Part shown: in pieces, positions 10,435 through 21,859 of the stretch
Numbering within the stretch: the first letter of the stretch is position 1
Layout: each line of letters starts with the position of its first letter
Assembly (NCBI GenBank): GCA_023246355.1
Contig: JAHFIQ010000006.1
Span: 1-62,788, forward strand
Source: Candidatus Uhrbacteria bacterium
GTDB taxonomy: Bacteria > Patescibacteriota > Patescibacteriia > UBA9934 > GWF2-40-263
Direction: 5' to 3'
Length of the DNA stretch: 62,788 nt
The notes under the pieces: generated by a model
What the model saw: the letters and a program-made list of their open reading frames with translations, nothing else
What the model was told of the DNA's origin: nothing
Databases searched by the model: none
Made by a program: the position numbers and the translations under genes

Positions 10435-12468
10435 ATGGATTTTAAACTCCACTCTCCTTACCAACCTGCGGGCGACCAACCCAAGGCCATCGAGCAATTG
10501 ACGGCTGGTGTTTTGGCTGGTGAGACTCGGCAGACCTTGCTTGGTGTGACCGGGTCCGGGAAGACGTTTACGATGGCCAACGTCATCCAGAATGTCCAGC
10601 GACCCACGCTGGTGATCGCCCACAACAAAACCCTTGCCGCGCAGTTGTGCAACGAGTTTCGAGAATTTTTTCCCGAGAATGCGGTGGAGTATTTTGTGAG
10701 TTACTACGATTATTACCAACCCGAGGCGTACATGCCACGCACTGATACCTACATCGAGAAAGAAGCCATGATCAACGAAGAGATCGATCGGCTCCGCCAC
10801 GCAGCAACGCAATCCGTGCTCTCTCGTCGTGACGTGATCATTGTCGCGAGTGTGTCGTGTATTTATGCCCTGGGAAGTCCAGAGGAATATCAGAGAACAG
10901 TGCTGCATGTAGAAGGTGGACAAGGGAGACAAGGTGGATCAGGTGGTCAAGGACTCACTCGTAATGAATTGCTTCGCAGGCTCACCGATATGCAGTTTGA
11001 ACGAACAACGGCTGACTTGACCCGTGGACATTTTCGAGCGCGAGGCGACATTGTTGAGGTGATGCCCATGCAGGAGGAAGTCGTGTATCGACTTGTTTTT
11101 GACGATGAAAAAATCACGACCATCCAAGCTCTGGATCCGATCACACGCAAAATCAAAGAGACCGTGAACGATGTTTGGATTTTTCCAGCGAAGCACTACG
11201 TGGTCTCTCAACCGCGTCAGGCTCAAGCTCTGCGCGATATTCGTTTTGAACTCCAGCAACAACTCGATCAATTCGATACGGAAGGCAAGGTGCTTGAGGC
11301 GGAACGTCTGTCTCGTCGTACGCGGTTTGATCTTGAGATGATCCAGAACATCGGTTATTGCAACGGGATTGAAAATTACTCTCGCCACTTTGACGGCCGC
11401 GCGCCTGATGAACCGCCATTTACGCTCATGGATTATTTCCCAAAGGATTTTTTGATGATGATCGACGAAAGTCATGTGACGGTGTCTCAAGTCGGTGGCA
11501 TGTACAACGGTGATCGCGCTCGGAAAAACACCCTTGTGGAACACGGCTTTCGTTTGCCCAGTGCGAAAGATAACCGCCCGCTCCAGTTTTCTGAATTTGA
11601 ACAGCGGATGGGTCAGGTCATTTTTGTGAGTGCGACGCCTGGGAAGTACGAGCAGGAAAAATCAGGAAAGGTCGTGGAGCAGATCATCCGTCCAACAGGT
11701 CTTGTGGATCCTGAAATCACAGTCCGTGGAGTGACCTCTGACGGAGAGTATCCTGGCCAGGTTGAGGATTTGATCGCTGAAATCGTGAAGCGCGTTCCAA
11801 ACAAGGAACGCACACTTGTGACAACGCTGACCAAAAAAATGGCCGAAGACCTGACCGAGTTTTTGATCGAGAAAGGCATCAAGGTTCAGTATCTGCATTC
11901 AGATGTTCAGACGCTTGATCGCATCACGACACTCTCGGATCTGCGGCGTGGTGTGTATGACGTGATCGTTGGTGTGAACCTGCTTCGTGAAGGTCTGGAT
12001 TTGCCAGAAGTGACCCTCGTGGCCATTTTGGATGCGGACAAAGAAGGATTCCTCCGATCTGAAACATCAATCATCCAGACCATCGGCCGTGCGGCGCGCA
12101 ATGTGAAGGGCGAGGTGATTCTCTACGCGGACGAAATGACCGGCTCAGTGAAACGCGCGATCAAAGAAACAGAACGTCGTCGCAAAATCCAGCTTGCGTA
12201 CAATAAGGATCACAACATTACCCCACAGTCGATTGAAAAAGAGATCCATGACATTCGGGCGATGCTCAGGGGGGATCAGAAATCTACGGAAGCCATTTTG
12301 AAACTCGAGCTGACCGCTGAACCACATGAGATCGAGTTGGTCATCAAGGAAAAGACGTACGACATGAAAGAGGCCGCGAAGAAACTCGACTTCGAAACCG
12401 CAGCCATCCTGCGCGATGAGATTACCCTGCTTTCAAAAGAATTAAAAACGAAGAAAAAACACCTATGA
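10435..12468 (+). CDS. uvrB: Excinuclease ABC subunit B
   Basis: 'GDQPKAI', '[10 protein letters not shown]', '[10 protein letters not shown]', 'DESH', C-terminal UVR domain. Confidence 0.97.
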   Translation: MDFKLHSPYQPAGDQPKAIEQLTAGVLAGETRQTLLGVTGSGKTFTMANVIQNVQRPTLVIAHNKTLAAQLCNEFREFFPENAVEYFVSYYDYYQPEAYMPRTDTYIEKEAMINEEIDRLRHAATQSVLSRRDVIIVASVSCIYALGSPEEYQRTVLHVEGGQGRQGGSGGQGLTRNELLRRLTDMQFERTTADLTRGHFRARGDIVEVMPMQEEVVYRLVFDDEKITTIQALDPITRKIKETVNDVWIFPAKHYVVSQPRQAQALRDIRFELQQQLDQFDTEGKVLEAERLSRRTRFDLEMIQNIGYCNGIENYSRHFDGRAPDEPPFTLMDYFPKDFLMMIDESHVTVSQVGGMYNGDRARKNTLVEHGFRLPSAKDNRPLQFSEFEQRMGQVIFVSATPGKYEQEKSGKVVEQIIRPTGLVDPEITVRGVTSDGEYPGQVEDLIAEIVKRVPNKERTLVTTLTKKMAEDLTEFLIEKGIKVQYLHSDVQTLDRITTLSDLRRGVYDVIVGVNLLREGLDLPEVTLVAILDADKEGFLRSETSIIQTIGRAARNVKGEVILYADEMTGSVKRAIKETERRRKIQLAYNKDHNITPQSIEKEIHDIRAMLRGDQKSTEAILKLELTAEPHEIELVIKEKTYDMKEAAKKLDFETAAILRDEITLLSKELKTKKKHL

Positions 12469-13037
12469 GTAGACAATCACAGTATCCCATCCAGCCATAT
12501 CTCTTGAATCGTTGGTCGCCACGAGCCATGAGTGGTGAGACGTTGACGCCAGATGAGTTGATGCCTCTGTTTGAAGCCGCGCGCTTCGCGCCGTCATCTT
12601 ATAACGCCCAGCCGTGGAGATTTCTCTACGCTCATCGCGAGACAGATTCTTGGCAACCTTTTTTTGATCTGCTCGTGCCGTTCAATCAGAGTTGGGCTCA
12701 CAAGGCGGCCGTGTTCATTGTCGTCGTTGCTAAAACGACCTTCGACCACAATAACAAACCCAGCGTGACACATGCGTTTGATGCCGGTGCCGCCTGGGAG
12801 AACCTCGCACTCGAGGCATCAGCTCGCGGTTTGGTTGCCCACGGCATGGAGGGATTTGATTATGGAGCGGCCAAGACCAAGCTCAACATCCCCGACGACC
12901 ACGTGGTGCTCGCCATGATCGCGATTGGGAAACCTGGTCGAAAAGAAGATTTGCCCGCAGAACTCCAGGAGCGCGAAGAACCCTCTGATCGTCGGCCACT
13001 GTCGGAGATCGTGATGGAGGGAGGATTCAAGGGCTAA
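12465..13037 (+). CDS. Nitroreductase family protein
   Basis: 'RWSPRAM', '[16 protein letters not shown]', '[11 protein letters not shown]'. Confidence 0.9.
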   Translation: MSRQSQYPIQPYLLNRWSPRAMSGETLTPDELMPLFEAARFAPSSYNAQPWRFLYAHRETDSWQPFFDLLVPFNQSWAHKAAVFIVVVAKTTFDHNNKPSVTHAFDAGAAWENLALEASARGLVAHGMEGFDYGAAKTKLNIPDDHVVLAMIAIGKPGRKEDLPAELQEREEPSDRRPLSEIVMEGGFKG

Positions 13038-13043
13038 GAGAGT

Positions 13044-15584
13044 ATGCAAGATAAAATCACCATCAAAGGAGCGCGCGAACACAACCTCAAGAATATTTCG
13101 CTTGAGTTGCCACGCAATAAACTCATCTGCTTCACCGGCGTGTCAGGGTCGGGGAAGTCGTCTTTGGCATTTGATACGATTTTTGCCGAAGGGCAGCGTC
13201 GGTATGTGGAATCGTTGTCAGCCTATGCACGGCAATTTTTGGGGCAGATGGAAAAGCCAGATGTGGACGAGATCGAAGGTCTGTCGCCTGCAATTTCGAT
13301 CGACCAGAAGGCCCATGGCAGCAACCCGCGTTCCACGGTCGCCACGATCACTGAGATTTACGATTATCTTCGCGTCTTGTTTGCACGTGTGGGAACGCCA
13401 CACTGTGTGACCTGTGGTGAGGCGATTCAGAAGTTGACCAATGAAGAGATGGTGGACTTGGTTCTGGAGAAGGCAACAGGAACAACGGGCTCGATCAAGA
13501 TTTTGGCGCCGGTCGTGCGCGGCAGAAAAGGTGAGTACTACCAGATGTTGTACGATCTCTATAATTCAGGATTTGCTCGTGTCCGCATCGACGGGAAAGA
13601 ATTTCGGCTCGATGAGCCGATTAAATTGGCGCGGTACAAACAGCACACGATTGAGATCGTTGTGGATACGATTGCGGTTGCGTCGTTTTCCACCACACCC
13701 AAGGACGCCCGTCAGCGCCTTGCCGATGCCCTGGAGATCGCGGTGGATCGCGGCAATGACGTTGTGACGATCATCTACCCCGACCAGAGTGAACAGCTGC
13801 TGTCTGCCAAGTTTAGCTGTCCCAAGGATGGATTTTCATTTCCTGAAATTGAGCCGCGGTTGTTTTCCTTCAACTCGCCCTACGGTGCATGTCCTCAGTG
13901 CACAGGTCTTGGAACCGCAGAATTATTCTCGGAAGAGTTGTGTGGCCTGTGTTCTGGGGCGCGGTTGAGAAAAGAGTCGTTGTTTGTGTGGCTTCCAAAT
14001 CAGACCTCCCCCAGCCCCTCCTTGGCAAGGAGGGGAGTATCCATCGTGGATATTACCAAGATGTCGATTGCCGAGGCGGTTGAGTATTTCAAAAAGTTAA
14101 AACTTACGGAGAAACAGACGCAGATCGCCCTGTCGATCCTGAAAGAAATTCAGAATCGTTTGCAGTTTATGTTGGACGTGGGTTTGCATTATCTTACGCT
14201 CGATCGTATGGCTGGGACGCTCTCAGGTGGGGAAGCGCAGCGCATTCGACTCGCTAGTCAGGTTGGCTCCAAACTCGTTGGCGCGATGTATGTTCTGGAT
14301 GAACCAACGATCGGACTTCATCAACGAGACAATGATCGGTTGATCGAGACGCTCGAAGATTTGCGCGACATCGGCAACACGGTGATCGTGGTGGAGCATG
14401 ACGAGGACACGATTCTCGCCAGCGATTACATGGTTGAAATCGGACCAGGGGCTGGTGTGAATGGGGGGCATGTCATCGCCGCTGGGGAGATGTCAAAAAT
14501 GATCGACGATAAAAAGTCTCTGACGGCTGCGTATCTTCGTGGCGATAAAAAGATTGAAGTGCCGACAGAACGCCGTGCTCCTGGCAAGGACGCGATCAAA
14601 ATCAAGGGCGCTTCGCAGAATAATCTGAAACACATCGACGTAGAAATTCCTCTGCGACGCTTCGTGTGCGTCACGGGTGTTTCAGGGTCAGGGAAATCCA
14701 CCCTTGCCTACGAGACCATGTACAAAGCCATCTCCAAAAAACTCTATGCAACGAAGCACACGCCAGGTGCGCATCAGGCCCTGCTGGGAGTCGAGTACTT
14801 GGATAAAGCGATTCTGATCGATCAAGGCGCAATCGGTCGAACGTCGCGATCAAACCCTGCGACCTACACAGGAGCCTGGGATCCGATTCGAGACATGTTT
14901 GCTTCCACGGCTGAAGCCCGATATCGCGGGTACAAAAAAGGCCGGTTCAGTTTTAATCGTCCTGGCGGACGTTGCGAAAATTGTGAGGGCCATGGACTCA
15001 TCGCCATCGAGATGCATTTTTTGCCAACCGTGTATGTCACCTGTGATATTTGTAAAGGACGACGATTTGATCGCGAGACCCTGGAAATTACTTACAAAGA
15101 GAAAACTATTTTTCAGGTGCTGGAGATGGAGGTCGAAGAAGCGGCGACGTTTTTTAAGGACGTGCCTGCGGTGTCAGACAAACTTGAGACACTCAAACGG
15201 GTGGGGCTTGGCTATGTGAAGCTTGGTCAGCCAGCGCCCACGCTCTCGGGTGGTGAAGCACAGAGGGTGAAATTATCGACCGAGCTTGCCAAGCGGCAAA
15301 CAGGGAAGACGTTGTATCTTCTGGACGAGCCAACAACAGGGCTGCATTTTGAGGACGTAAAAAAACTCCTCGAGGTTCTCCATGAGCTTGTAAGCAAAGG
15401 CAACTCCGTGATCGTGATCGAGCACAACCTGGACGTGATCAAGACGGCTGATTGGATTATTGATCTCGGTCCAGAGGGTGGCGACCTTGGTGGGGAAGTC
15501 GTGATCGCGGGGACGCCAGAGGATGTCGCACGACATGCAAAGAGCTATACCGGACAGTATCTGAAACGGGTGTTAAAAAAATGA
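13044..15584 (+). CDS. uvrA: Excinuclease ABC subunit A
   Basis: 'GAREHNLKN', two Walker A motifs (GVSGSGKS), two LSGGEAQR motifs, Zn fingers. Confidence 0.97.
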   Translation: MQDKITIKGAREHNLKNISLELPRNKLICFTGVSGSGKSSLAFDTIFAEGQRRYVESLSAYARQFLGQMEKPDVDEIEGLSPAISIDQKAHGSNPRSTVATITEIYDYLRVLFARVGTPHCVTCGEAIQKLTNEEMVDLVLEKATGTTGSIKILAPVVRGRKGEYYQMLYDLYNSGFARVRIDGKEFRLDEPIKLARYKQHTIEIVVDTIAVASFSTTPKDARQRLADALEIAVDRGNDVVTIIYPDQSEQLLSAKFSCPKDGFSFPEIEPRLFSFNSPYGACPQCTGLGTAELFSEELCGLCSGARLRKESLFVWLPNQTSPSPSLARRGVSIVDITKMSIAEAVEYFKKLKLTEKQTQIALSILKEIQNRLQFMLDVGLHYLTLDRMAGTLSGGEAQRIRLASQVGSKLVGAMYVLDEPTIGLHQRDNDRLIETLEDLRDIGNTVIVVEHDEDTILASDYMVEIGPGAGVNGGHVIAAGEMSKMIDDKKSLTAAYLRGDKKIEVPTERRAPGKDAIKIKGASQNNLKHIDVEIPLRRFVCVTGVSGSGKSTLAYETMYKAISKKLYATKHTPGAHQALLGVEYLDKAILIDQGAIGRTSRSNPATYTGAWDPIRDMFASTAEARYRGYKKGRFSFNRPGGRCENCEGHGLIAIEMHFLPTVYVTCDICKGRRFDRETLEITYKEKTIFQVLEMEVEEAATFFKDVPAVSDKLETLKRVGLGYVKLGQPAPTLSGGEAQRVKLSTELAKRQTGKTLYLLDEPTTGLHFEDVKKLLEVLHELVSKGNSVIVIEHNLDVIKTADWIIDLGPEGGDLGGEVVIAGTPEDVARHAKSYTGQYLKRVLKK

Positions 15585-15593
15585 GCCGACCGT

Positions 15594-15738
15594 CCAGCTA
15601 CCTGACTTGTTTTCAGACACGCCTGGCCCGCTCCAGCGGCGGGCTGGCGGCTCGTGCTCTCGGCGATCCACCACTCGCAGAGCTCGTGGACCGAGCTGGA
15701 TCGCCTCGAGACGGTCTTCAAACAAGTCAGGTAGCTGG
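15594..15738. repeat. Structured element with a 19-bp perfect terminal inverted repeat
   Basis: CCAGCTACCTGACTTGTTT (15594-15612) / AAACAAGTCAGGTAGCTGG (15720-15738) enclosing GC-rich hairpins. Confidence 0.65.
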
Positions 15739-15782
15739 CGATCGGTAGAATCAAAAAACGGGCCGAGCCCGTTTTCGATGTC

Positions 15783-16319
15783 TTATTTAACGATCAGAGT
15801 TCCTTCCATCCCAAACGCTCGATGTGATCCAATGTCGCAGTAGAAGGGATAGGATCCAGGTTCGCTCGGAGCCGTGAAGTTCAGCACCTCACCTTCAGCG
15901 ACCGTGAAGTCCAAATCGATTTCGTCAATGACGAACGTGTGGAAACCTTCATTCTTGGTAAAGGTGATGCTGATCAGATCTCCAGGAGCCGCGTTGATGA
16001 CATTTGGCGTGAAGAAGAAGTTACCTGCTTCCATGCTGATTTCAACGTCTGCCTGTTCGCCCAAGGTGATTTCTGTGACCGGGACGCCATCTTCGTTGAC
16101 CGTGGCACCGGTATCGACATCCTCAAATACTACGTCTGCATCAACAGGCTTAGCGTTTGGATCCGTTTCTTGATCGACTTCTGTTGGTTCGCCAACGTCT
16201 TGTCCGACGACCAGCTGTGTATCTGCATTTGCCTCAGCAGATGTTTGTGAATCAGTTTGTGCAGCGCATCCGGCTCCAACCAGAGCAAGGACGGCCAAGA
16301 GTGAAAGGATATTTTTCAT
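15783..16319 (-). CDS. Cupredoxin (plastocyanin/azurin-like) lipoprotein
   Basis: Lipobox 'LVGAGC'; type-1 Cu ligands H...C-x3-H-x4-M ('HTF', 'YCDIGSHRAFGM'). Confidence 0.88.
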   Translation of the reverse strand: MKNILSLLAVLALVGAGCAAQTDSQTSAEANADTQLVVGQDVGEPTEVDQETDPNAKPVDADVVFEDVDTGATVNEDGVPVTEITLGEQADVEISMEAGNFFFTPNVINAAPGDLISITFTKNEGFHTFVIDEIDLDFTVAEGEVLNFTAPSEPGSYPFYCDIGSHRAFGMEGTLIVK

Positions 16320-16372
16320 AGTGCCTGAAGAGTAACAGGTTTTTTCGCCGTTGGCAAGGGTGTGATAGGATT

Positions 16373-17677
16373 TTGGCTATGATTCCTCCAGAAATCAAGG
16401 TGAAGAATGACGAACTGCCGGATGCGCCCGGCGTGTATTTTTATTACGATCAAAAGGATCATCTTTTGTATATTGGAAAGGCGACGTCTCTCAAACGTCG
16501 TGTGGGTTCGTATTTCGTGAAAGCACACACAGACAGAATCGGGGAGATGGTTTCACAGATTCACAGAATCGATTATCACGAAACACCCACCGTGATCGAA
16601 GCGCTCATCTTGGAGGCAAACGAGATTCACGCACGTCGTCCGAAGTACAATATCTTGGGTCGTGATGACAAAACGTTTTTGTATCTGGTGATCACGGACG
16701 AGCCTTACCCGCGACCACAATTGATTCGGGGACATGAACTTAAAGTCAGGAAGAATTATTTGCGAGTCTTTGGTCCGTACACGAGCAGTCGTTCTTTGAA
16801 GATGGCCTTGGAGATGATCCGTCGGGGTATTCCGTGGTCGACCTGTCTGCCAGGACAGCGCCGTCCGTGTTTTGATGCGCAGATCGGCAAATGTCCTGGG
16901 GTGTGCACAGGCAGGATCAGCAAACCAGAGTATCGACGCGTGATTCGGCAGTTGATTCTGTTCTTTGAAGGGAAGAAAGCGAAGCTTGAGCGGGAGCTCA
17001 AAAAAGAGATGGTGCTCGCAGCGAAGAACCTTCAGTTTGAAAAAGCGGCGTTGCTGCGTCGACGATTATTCGCACTTGAGCATATCCAAGACATTGCGCT
17101 CATCTCGCGTGAGGATCACGAACTGCCATTTACAAAAAAAGATTCCGATGGAGCCATCGATCTGATGGGACGCATCGAAGCGTATGACATCAGCAATATT
17201 TCAGGGACCTCAGCAACCGGATCCATGGTGGTGTTTATAGAAGGGAAGCCGGCGAAACAGTTGTATCGCAAGTTCAAGATCAAGACTGTGAAGGGTGCAA
17301 ACGATGTCGCGTGTTTGGAAGAAGTGATCAGGAGAAGGCTGAAGAGGGGTTTCCCCCCTGCCAGAGGGGGGACACAGGGGGGAGGGAGTAAAGAGCGAGG
17401 ATGGGAATTACCGGAGGTCATGGTCATCGACGGAGGAGAGCCGCAGGTCAATCGGGTGCAGGAGATTTTGGATGAGCTGGGTGTGGAGGTGCCGATCATT
17501 GGCATTGCCAAAGGGTTTGATCGCAAGCAGGATCGCCTTGTCTTCGATCAGGAGAATCGAGATTTGCAGCGCGTTGTCACTCGTGGGAAAGAACTATTCC
17601 AGCGCGCCCGCGACGAAGCGCATCGGTTTGCGGTAAAATACCATCGAGTCTTAAGAGGGAAGTCAATGAAACTATGA
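16373..17677 (+). CDS. uvrC: Excinuclease ABC subunit C (short form; no C-terminal HhH evident)
   Basis: GIY-YIG 'PGVY...LYIGKA', UVR domain, 'RIEAYDISN', 'IDGG', 'RDEAHRFA'. Confidence 0.92.
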   Translation: MAMIPPEIKVKNDELPDAPGVYFYYDQKDHLLYIGKATSLKRRVGSYFVKAHTDRIGEMVSQIHRIDYHETPTVIEALILEANEIHARRPKYNILGRDDKTFLYLVITDEPYPRPQLIRGHELKVRKNYLRVFGPYTSSRSLKMALEMIRRGIPWSTCLPGQRRPCFDAQIGKCPGVCTGRISKPEYRRVIRQLILFFEGKKAKLERELKKEMVLAAKNLQFEKAALLRRRLFALEHIQDIALISREDHELPFTKKDSDGAIDLMGRIEAYDISNISGTSATGSMVVFIEGKPAKQLYRKFKIKTVKGANDVACLEEVIRRRLKRGFPPARGGTQGGGSKERGWELPEVMVIDGGEPQVNRVQEILDELGVEVPIIGIAKGFDRKQDRLVFDQENRDLQRVVTRGKELFQRARDEAHRFAVKYHRVLRGKSMKL

Positions 17678-18258
17678 GAACTATTTATTTTGTCACTTCT
17701 AACACAGGCAAGGTCGCCAACGCCCAGGCCGCGCTTAAGCCGTTTGGTATTTCTGTGAAGCAGTTGAAGGTCGATCTTGTGGAGAGCCGTTCAGAAGATC
17801 CAGCTGAGATCGCTTTGGAAAAAGCCCAACAGGCGTACAAGAAATTTCGCAAGCCCTGCCTGGTGGAAGATTCTGGATTCTTCATCGAGGCTCTTGGCGG
17901 GTTCCCGATGACGCATATCAAGTTTTCGCTGAGGACGCTCGGGATCGACGGGATCCTTCGAGCTCTTCGAGGAGCCACGTCTCGAAGATGTGAATGGCGG
18001 ATGACCGTCGCCTACGTTTACGGTGCGGGCAAACACAAGTCGTTTACGTTCGTTGAGAAAGGCGTGATCGCCAACAGACCACGACCAGTGAAGCGACCCA
18101 TGATGTCAGATTACTGGCGGCTCTATGTTCCCAAGATGCTCGACTCGAAGAATACCAAGGCGCTTTCAGAGATGACGGACAAACAGATGGAGGAGTGGCT
18201 GAATTATTTTTCTGCTCACAACCAGTTCTTGCAATTAGGGGAGTGGTTATTGTCTTAG
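17674..18258 (+). CDS. Ham1/ITPase-family non-canonical purine NTP pyrophosphatase
   Basis: 'FVTSNTGK', 'EKA', 'VEDSGFFIEALGGFP'. Confidence 0.82.
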   Translation: MRTIYFVTSNTGKVANAQAALKPFGISVKQLKVDLVESRSEDPAEIALEKAQQAYKKFRKPCLVEDSGFFIEALGGFPMTHIKFSLRTLGIDGILRALRGATSRRCEWRMTVAYVYGAGKHKSFTFVEKGVIANRPRPVKRPMMSDYWRLYVPKMLDSKNTKALSEMTDKQMEEWLNYFSAHNQFLQLGEWLLS

Positions 18259-18353
18259 TTATCCACACATTTTGGCGACGTTAAAAGAATGGCCTGTTTT
18301 GCAGGCTTTTTTGGTTGTGAAAAGTGGAGAGAACTGTTTGACCAGTGTCAGAG

Positions 18354-18390
18354 AGTGGTTTAGAATGGTGATAGGTGGAGACAAGTGGGG
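18354..18390 (+). promoter_or_regulatory. Putative MraZ operator (TGG-containing boxes at 10-bp period)
   Basis: TGG at 18356, 18366, 18376 and 18386 upstream of mraZ; MraZ is known to bind periodic TGGGN repeats. Confidence 0.6.
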
Positions 18391-18459
18391 ATCGATCGAG
18401 CATGTCTCGATTGATGCTCACTTTTATTTAAGTCCCATCTGATAACGGCTCGGCAAGTT

Positions 18460-18891
18460 ATGTTTATAGGCGAGTATAAACATGCCATCGATGAAAAAGG
18501 ACGTCTTGCGATTCCAGTCAAGTTTCGCAAGAGCCTTGCCAAGGGAGCCGTGGTTACGAGGGGACTCGACACGTCGCTGTTCCTGTTCCCCAAGGAGGAG
18601 TGGGGCAAGCTCGCAGAAAAGTTAGCTAGTTTGCCCCTGGGGCAATCCAATAGCCGCGCCTTCGCCCGTCTCATGCTTGCGGGTGCCATGGACGTGGACA
18701 TGGATAAACAGGGACGCGTCGTGTTGCCGGAATATCTTCGGGCTTACGCAAGCCTTGAAAAAACCACCGTCGTGGCCGGTCTCTACAATCGCGTGGAGAT
18801 TTGGAATGAGGCGCGATGGGATGCGTATAAGAAAAAAGTTGAGAGCGATGCAGACGCGGTCGCAGAAAAACTCGGAGAGCTTGGTGTGTAG
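18460..18891 (+). CDS. mraZ: Division/cell wall cluster transcriptional regulator MraZ
   Basis: 'MFIGEYKHAIDEKGRLAIP', second 'DKQGRVVLP' repeat. Confidence 0.96.
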   Translation: MFIGEYKHAIDEKGRLAIPVKFRKSLAKGAVVTRGLDTSLFLFPKEEWGKLAEKLASLPLGQSNSRAFARLMLAGAMDVDMDKQGRVVLPEYLRAYASLEKTTVVAGLYNRVEIWNEARWDAYKKKVESDADAVAEKLGELGV

Positions 18892-18986
18892 TTTGAGTGC
18901 CAGGCTTGGAGTGTGTCTCGTGGTTAATGAACCTTTCCACGAGAAGCACTTCAATCCCGGCATCCTAACAGGGGGCAGAATTTTTT

Positions 18987-19850
18987 ATGCACCAACCTGT
19001 TCTCCTGACCGAGGTCGTAGAACACCTCAAGCCGGAGCCGAACCATCTTTTGATAGACGGCACAGTGGGGCTGGGAGGGCACGCACAAGTCTTACTTGCG
19101 CGCGTCCTTCCTGGCGGCCGTCTGCTGGGCATCGATCGTGATGCCAACAATCTGGCGAGTGCGCGAGAGCGTCTCTCTGGATTTGGGAATAGCACCGTGT
19201 TGGTTCGCGGGAGTTATTCCGAGGTAAAGACCCTTGCCTATGCTCATGGATTTACTCATGTCAATGCGATCCTCTTGGATCTCGGGTTCTCGTCTGTTCA
19301 TGTCGATGATCCGAGTCGCGGTTTCTCGTTTGCACACGAGGGTCCATTAGACATGCGCTATGACCAGTCACAAGCGCTCACCGCCGGGGTGATCGTGAAT
19401 GAGTGGTCGCAGGATGAGCTTGCACGGATATTTCGCCAGCTTGGTGAAGAACCGAAAGCGGCGCGTGCTGCAGAGGCGATCGTCACGTGTCGAAGAGACG
19501 CGCGGATCGAAACGACTCTGCAACTTGCCCAGTGTCTTGAGCTTGTGCTTCCTCGAATGGGGAAGACCCATGGCGCGACCCGTGTCTTCCAAGCACTCAG
19601 GATCGCGGTGAACGACGAATTGGGAGAGCTTGAAAGAGCGCTTCCGGATCTCGTTGACCTGCTCGTGCCTGGCGGAAGAATTGCCATCATCAGTTTCCAT
19701 TCTCTGGAAGATCGACTGGTGAAACAGTTCCTCAAGTCGCGCTCGGATCTGCATCTGGTGAACAAGCACGTGATCACTCCTTCCCAAGAGGAGGTGAGAA
19801 AGAACCCTCGCGCTCGCAGTGCCAAACTGCGGGTTGCTGAGAAAATTTAA
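18987..19850 (+). CDS. rsmH: 16S rRNA C1402 N4-methyltransferase
   Basis: 'HQPVLL', 'DGTVGLGGH', 'LDMR', 'FQALRIAVNDEL', 'NPRARSAKLR'. Confidence 0.96.
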   Translation: MHQPVLLTEVVEHLKPEPNHLLIDGTVGLGGHAQVLLARVLPGGRLLGIDRDANNLASARERLSGFGNSTVLVRGSYSEVKTLAYAHGFTHVNAILLDLGFSSVHVDDPSRGFSFAHEGPLDMRYDQSQALTAGVIVNEWSQDELARIFRQLGEEPKAARAAEAIVTCRRDARIETTLQLAQCLELVLPRMGKTHGATRVFQALRIAVNDELGELERALPDLVDLLVPGGRIAIISFHSLEDRLVKQFLKSRSDLHLVNKHVITPSQEEVRKNPRARSAKLRVAEKI

Positions 19851-19873
19851 TGTGAGACATCCCCACTGTCGAT

Positions 19874-20239
19874 ATGTATTCGATCCCCGTACAAGCGGCT
19901 GTTTATTCTCCGCAAACTCTTTCACCGCGAATCTCTCTGAGCGTGTTTTTTCGTGAGCACACGGTTGCTCTCAACGTTGCTTCCTTGGTGATTCTGGGTG
20001 TTCTGCTTGTCGTGCAGATCATCCAAGTGAATGCAGCGACGACCAAAGGCTATCAAATGCGCGAGCTGGAGAATCAAATCAGTGAGCTTTCTCTTTTGCA
20101 ACAAAACTTACAACTCGAGGCCCGCAAAGTGCAGTCGCTTGATCATGTCTCTCACTCAGTGAAGATGCTCGGCTTCGTCGAGTCAGAACAACCAACCTAT
20201 CTCTCTTCTACGACTCCATCCGTCGCCATGGCGCAATAA
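19874..20239 (+). CDS. ftsL: FtsL-like cell division protein
   Basis: Single TM helix plus coiled coil, directly after mraZ-rsmH. Confidence 0.65.
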   Translation: MYSIPVQAAVYSPQTLSPRISLSVFFREHTVALNVASLVILGVLLVVQIIQVNAATTKGYQMRELENQISELSLLQQNLQLEARKVQSLDHVSHSVKMLGFVESEQPTYLSSTTPSVAMAQ

Positions 20240-20248
20240 TCGACGTAG

Positions 20249-20271
20249 GTAGCCGCAGGCTTCAGCCTGCG
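20249..20271 (+). repeat. GTAG-type REP palindrome
   Basis: GTAG-CCGCAGGC-TTCA-GCCTGCG. Confidence 0.55.
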
Positions 20272-20412
20272 CCAGCCAAGCCTATATAACAGCCAAACGG
20301 CTGTTTTTCTTTGAATTTATACAGGCCGCTATTTGACATTCAGGCCAATTTCAACTATCTTTTTGAGTCGCAAGACTCCTACGGCAGGGAGAGCCGCACA
20401 CAAGGAGATGTC

Positions 20413-20781
20413 ATGGAAGACTGGAAATTGTCGAGCTCGATCGAAGAAAAGGATCGGTTGATGAAGGAGAAGTGGGGTGACGCGCCTCCACGCTACCTCT
20501 GGTTCGCCATCCTCTCGCCCAGGTCGAGTGAGCTGAGTCGTGATGAGCTGGCGCTCCTGCGCATCTTCTTCTTTGGTCCCCGAGAGCCGGACACCGAAGC
20601 CATCGAGCTGTCGATGTACACCGACGGTCCCACCGAGGATGGTGTCTACGGTGACCTGCGGATCCGTGGTTTCACGAGCCCGGTCTACTTCACCCTCACG
20701 ATGGATGGACAGGAGATGCCGCTCATGCGAGTGGCTGACCCCACCGACAGCCAGCTGATCGACTTCCGTCCGGCGGCGTGA
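20413..20781 (+). CDS. Hypothetical protein (ORFan cassette)
   Basis: TTGACA(20333)-17-TATCTT promoter, AAGGAG RBS, GC-rich codons. Confidence 0.65.
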   Translation: MEDWKLSSSIEEKDRLMKEKWGDAPPRYLWFAILSPRSSELSRDELALLRIFFFGPREPDTEAIELSMYTDGPTEDGVYGDLRIRGFTSPVYFTLTMDGQEMPLMRVADPTDSQLIDFRPAA

Positions 20782-20839
20782 TCTCGATTTCCACTCTCAC
20801 CTCAACCCCTCGGCTGGGTAAAAGCCTCCTGGAGCTCCC

Positions 20840-20992
20840 ATGAACTTCTGGTCCGCAATCGTGCTGATCACCATGGCTGGTGTCGTAGGAGATGCCGTTC
20901 ACCTCACCGGTACGGCCTGGCCCATCTGGGGGTTCGTGCCGATCGTCATGCTGGGGTCGGTGATCCTCAAGTGGAATCCGAACAACCCCTGA
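20840..20992 (+). CDS. 50-aa hydrophobic (two-TM) small protein, not in the ORF track
   Basis: GGAG RBS; MNFWSAIVLITMAGVVGDAVHLTGTAWPIWGFVPIVMLGSVILKWNPNNP; GC-rich third positions; hairpin plus T-tract downstream. Confidence 0.5.
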   Translation: MNFWSAIVLITMAGVVGDAVHLTGTAWPIWGFVPIVMLGSVILKWNPNNP

Positions 20993-21206
20993 TCCTCCTT
21001 CGCGCGTCTGTGCCTAGGGAATAGTAAGCTACGTCTGCCCCGTCCCACCGCAAGGTCTGGCATGGGGCTATTATTTTTTGGTGACAGAACTGGGGACATC
21101 TTTTCGCAGGTACGAAGATATGTCTCCGACTGCTCTTACCTAGCTTCGACGCACTTGTGACCATATGGTTAAGAGTTCGTCGTGATGATATTCTTGGTCT
21201 CGACAT

Positions 21207-21827
21207 ATGTTGAAGTTTATTAACCCAACCAGCTGGGAAGACGTGTTTCAAGATTGGAAACAACGTGAAGGCAACGATCCTGGTTGGATCCACTGTGCGA
21301 CCACGATCAAAGGTTGGCCTGATTGGGAATCGTGGAGACGGTTTAGCGCAGAACAAATTCACGCAGCAGATCGTGATTGGGAGATCTACGAATGTACGGA
21401 TCCGATGCGCGAGATTCCCGCTATGCTGGTTGGACCATTCACCGGTTGGCAGTCGCGATTGCCAAAGCCCAACGTCTCTTCATTTGCAGAGCTTGTTGCC
21501 ATCCCTGAGCAGACTCAGTTTTTTCGCGAGCACGAAAAAGTCGCAGGCATGATGAAGCATTTCCCTCCGTCAACCATGTTTATTGGATTGTGTCGCGAGG
21601 ATTCTGGATCGATTGTTTGCCTTGAAGGTCATCATCGAGCCACGGCTGTTGCCCTGTCTCTGAAAGCAGGGAGTGAAATCGATTTCGGTGGTCCTGTGCA
21701 GATTGCGTTGGCAGTCTTGCGATCCGATGAGTCCTCGTTGCTTGACCGTGTCCTTGCCCGTGGATCATCCAAGGAACCAAAAGACGCGAGTCATTCCGCC
21801 CTTTCCTACATCGCTCATCCAACATGA
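21207..21827 (+). CDS. Hypothetical protein with a ParB/Srx-like GHHR motif
   Basis: 'IVCLEGHHRATA' resembles the ParB-N 'DGHHR' box. Confidence 0.5.
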   Translation: MLKFINPTSWEDVFQDWKQREGNDPGWIHCATTIKGWPDWESWRRFSAEQIHAADRDWEIYECTDPMREIPAMLVGPFTGWQSRLPKPNVSSFAELVAIPEQTQFFREHEKVAGMMKHFPPSTMFIGLCREDSGSIVCLEGHHRATAVALSLKAGSEIDFGGPVQIALAVLRSDESSLLDRVLARGSSKEPKDASHSALSYIAHPT

Positions 21828-21859
21828 CCGTGCTATACTGGTCATAACACAAGGAGGAT

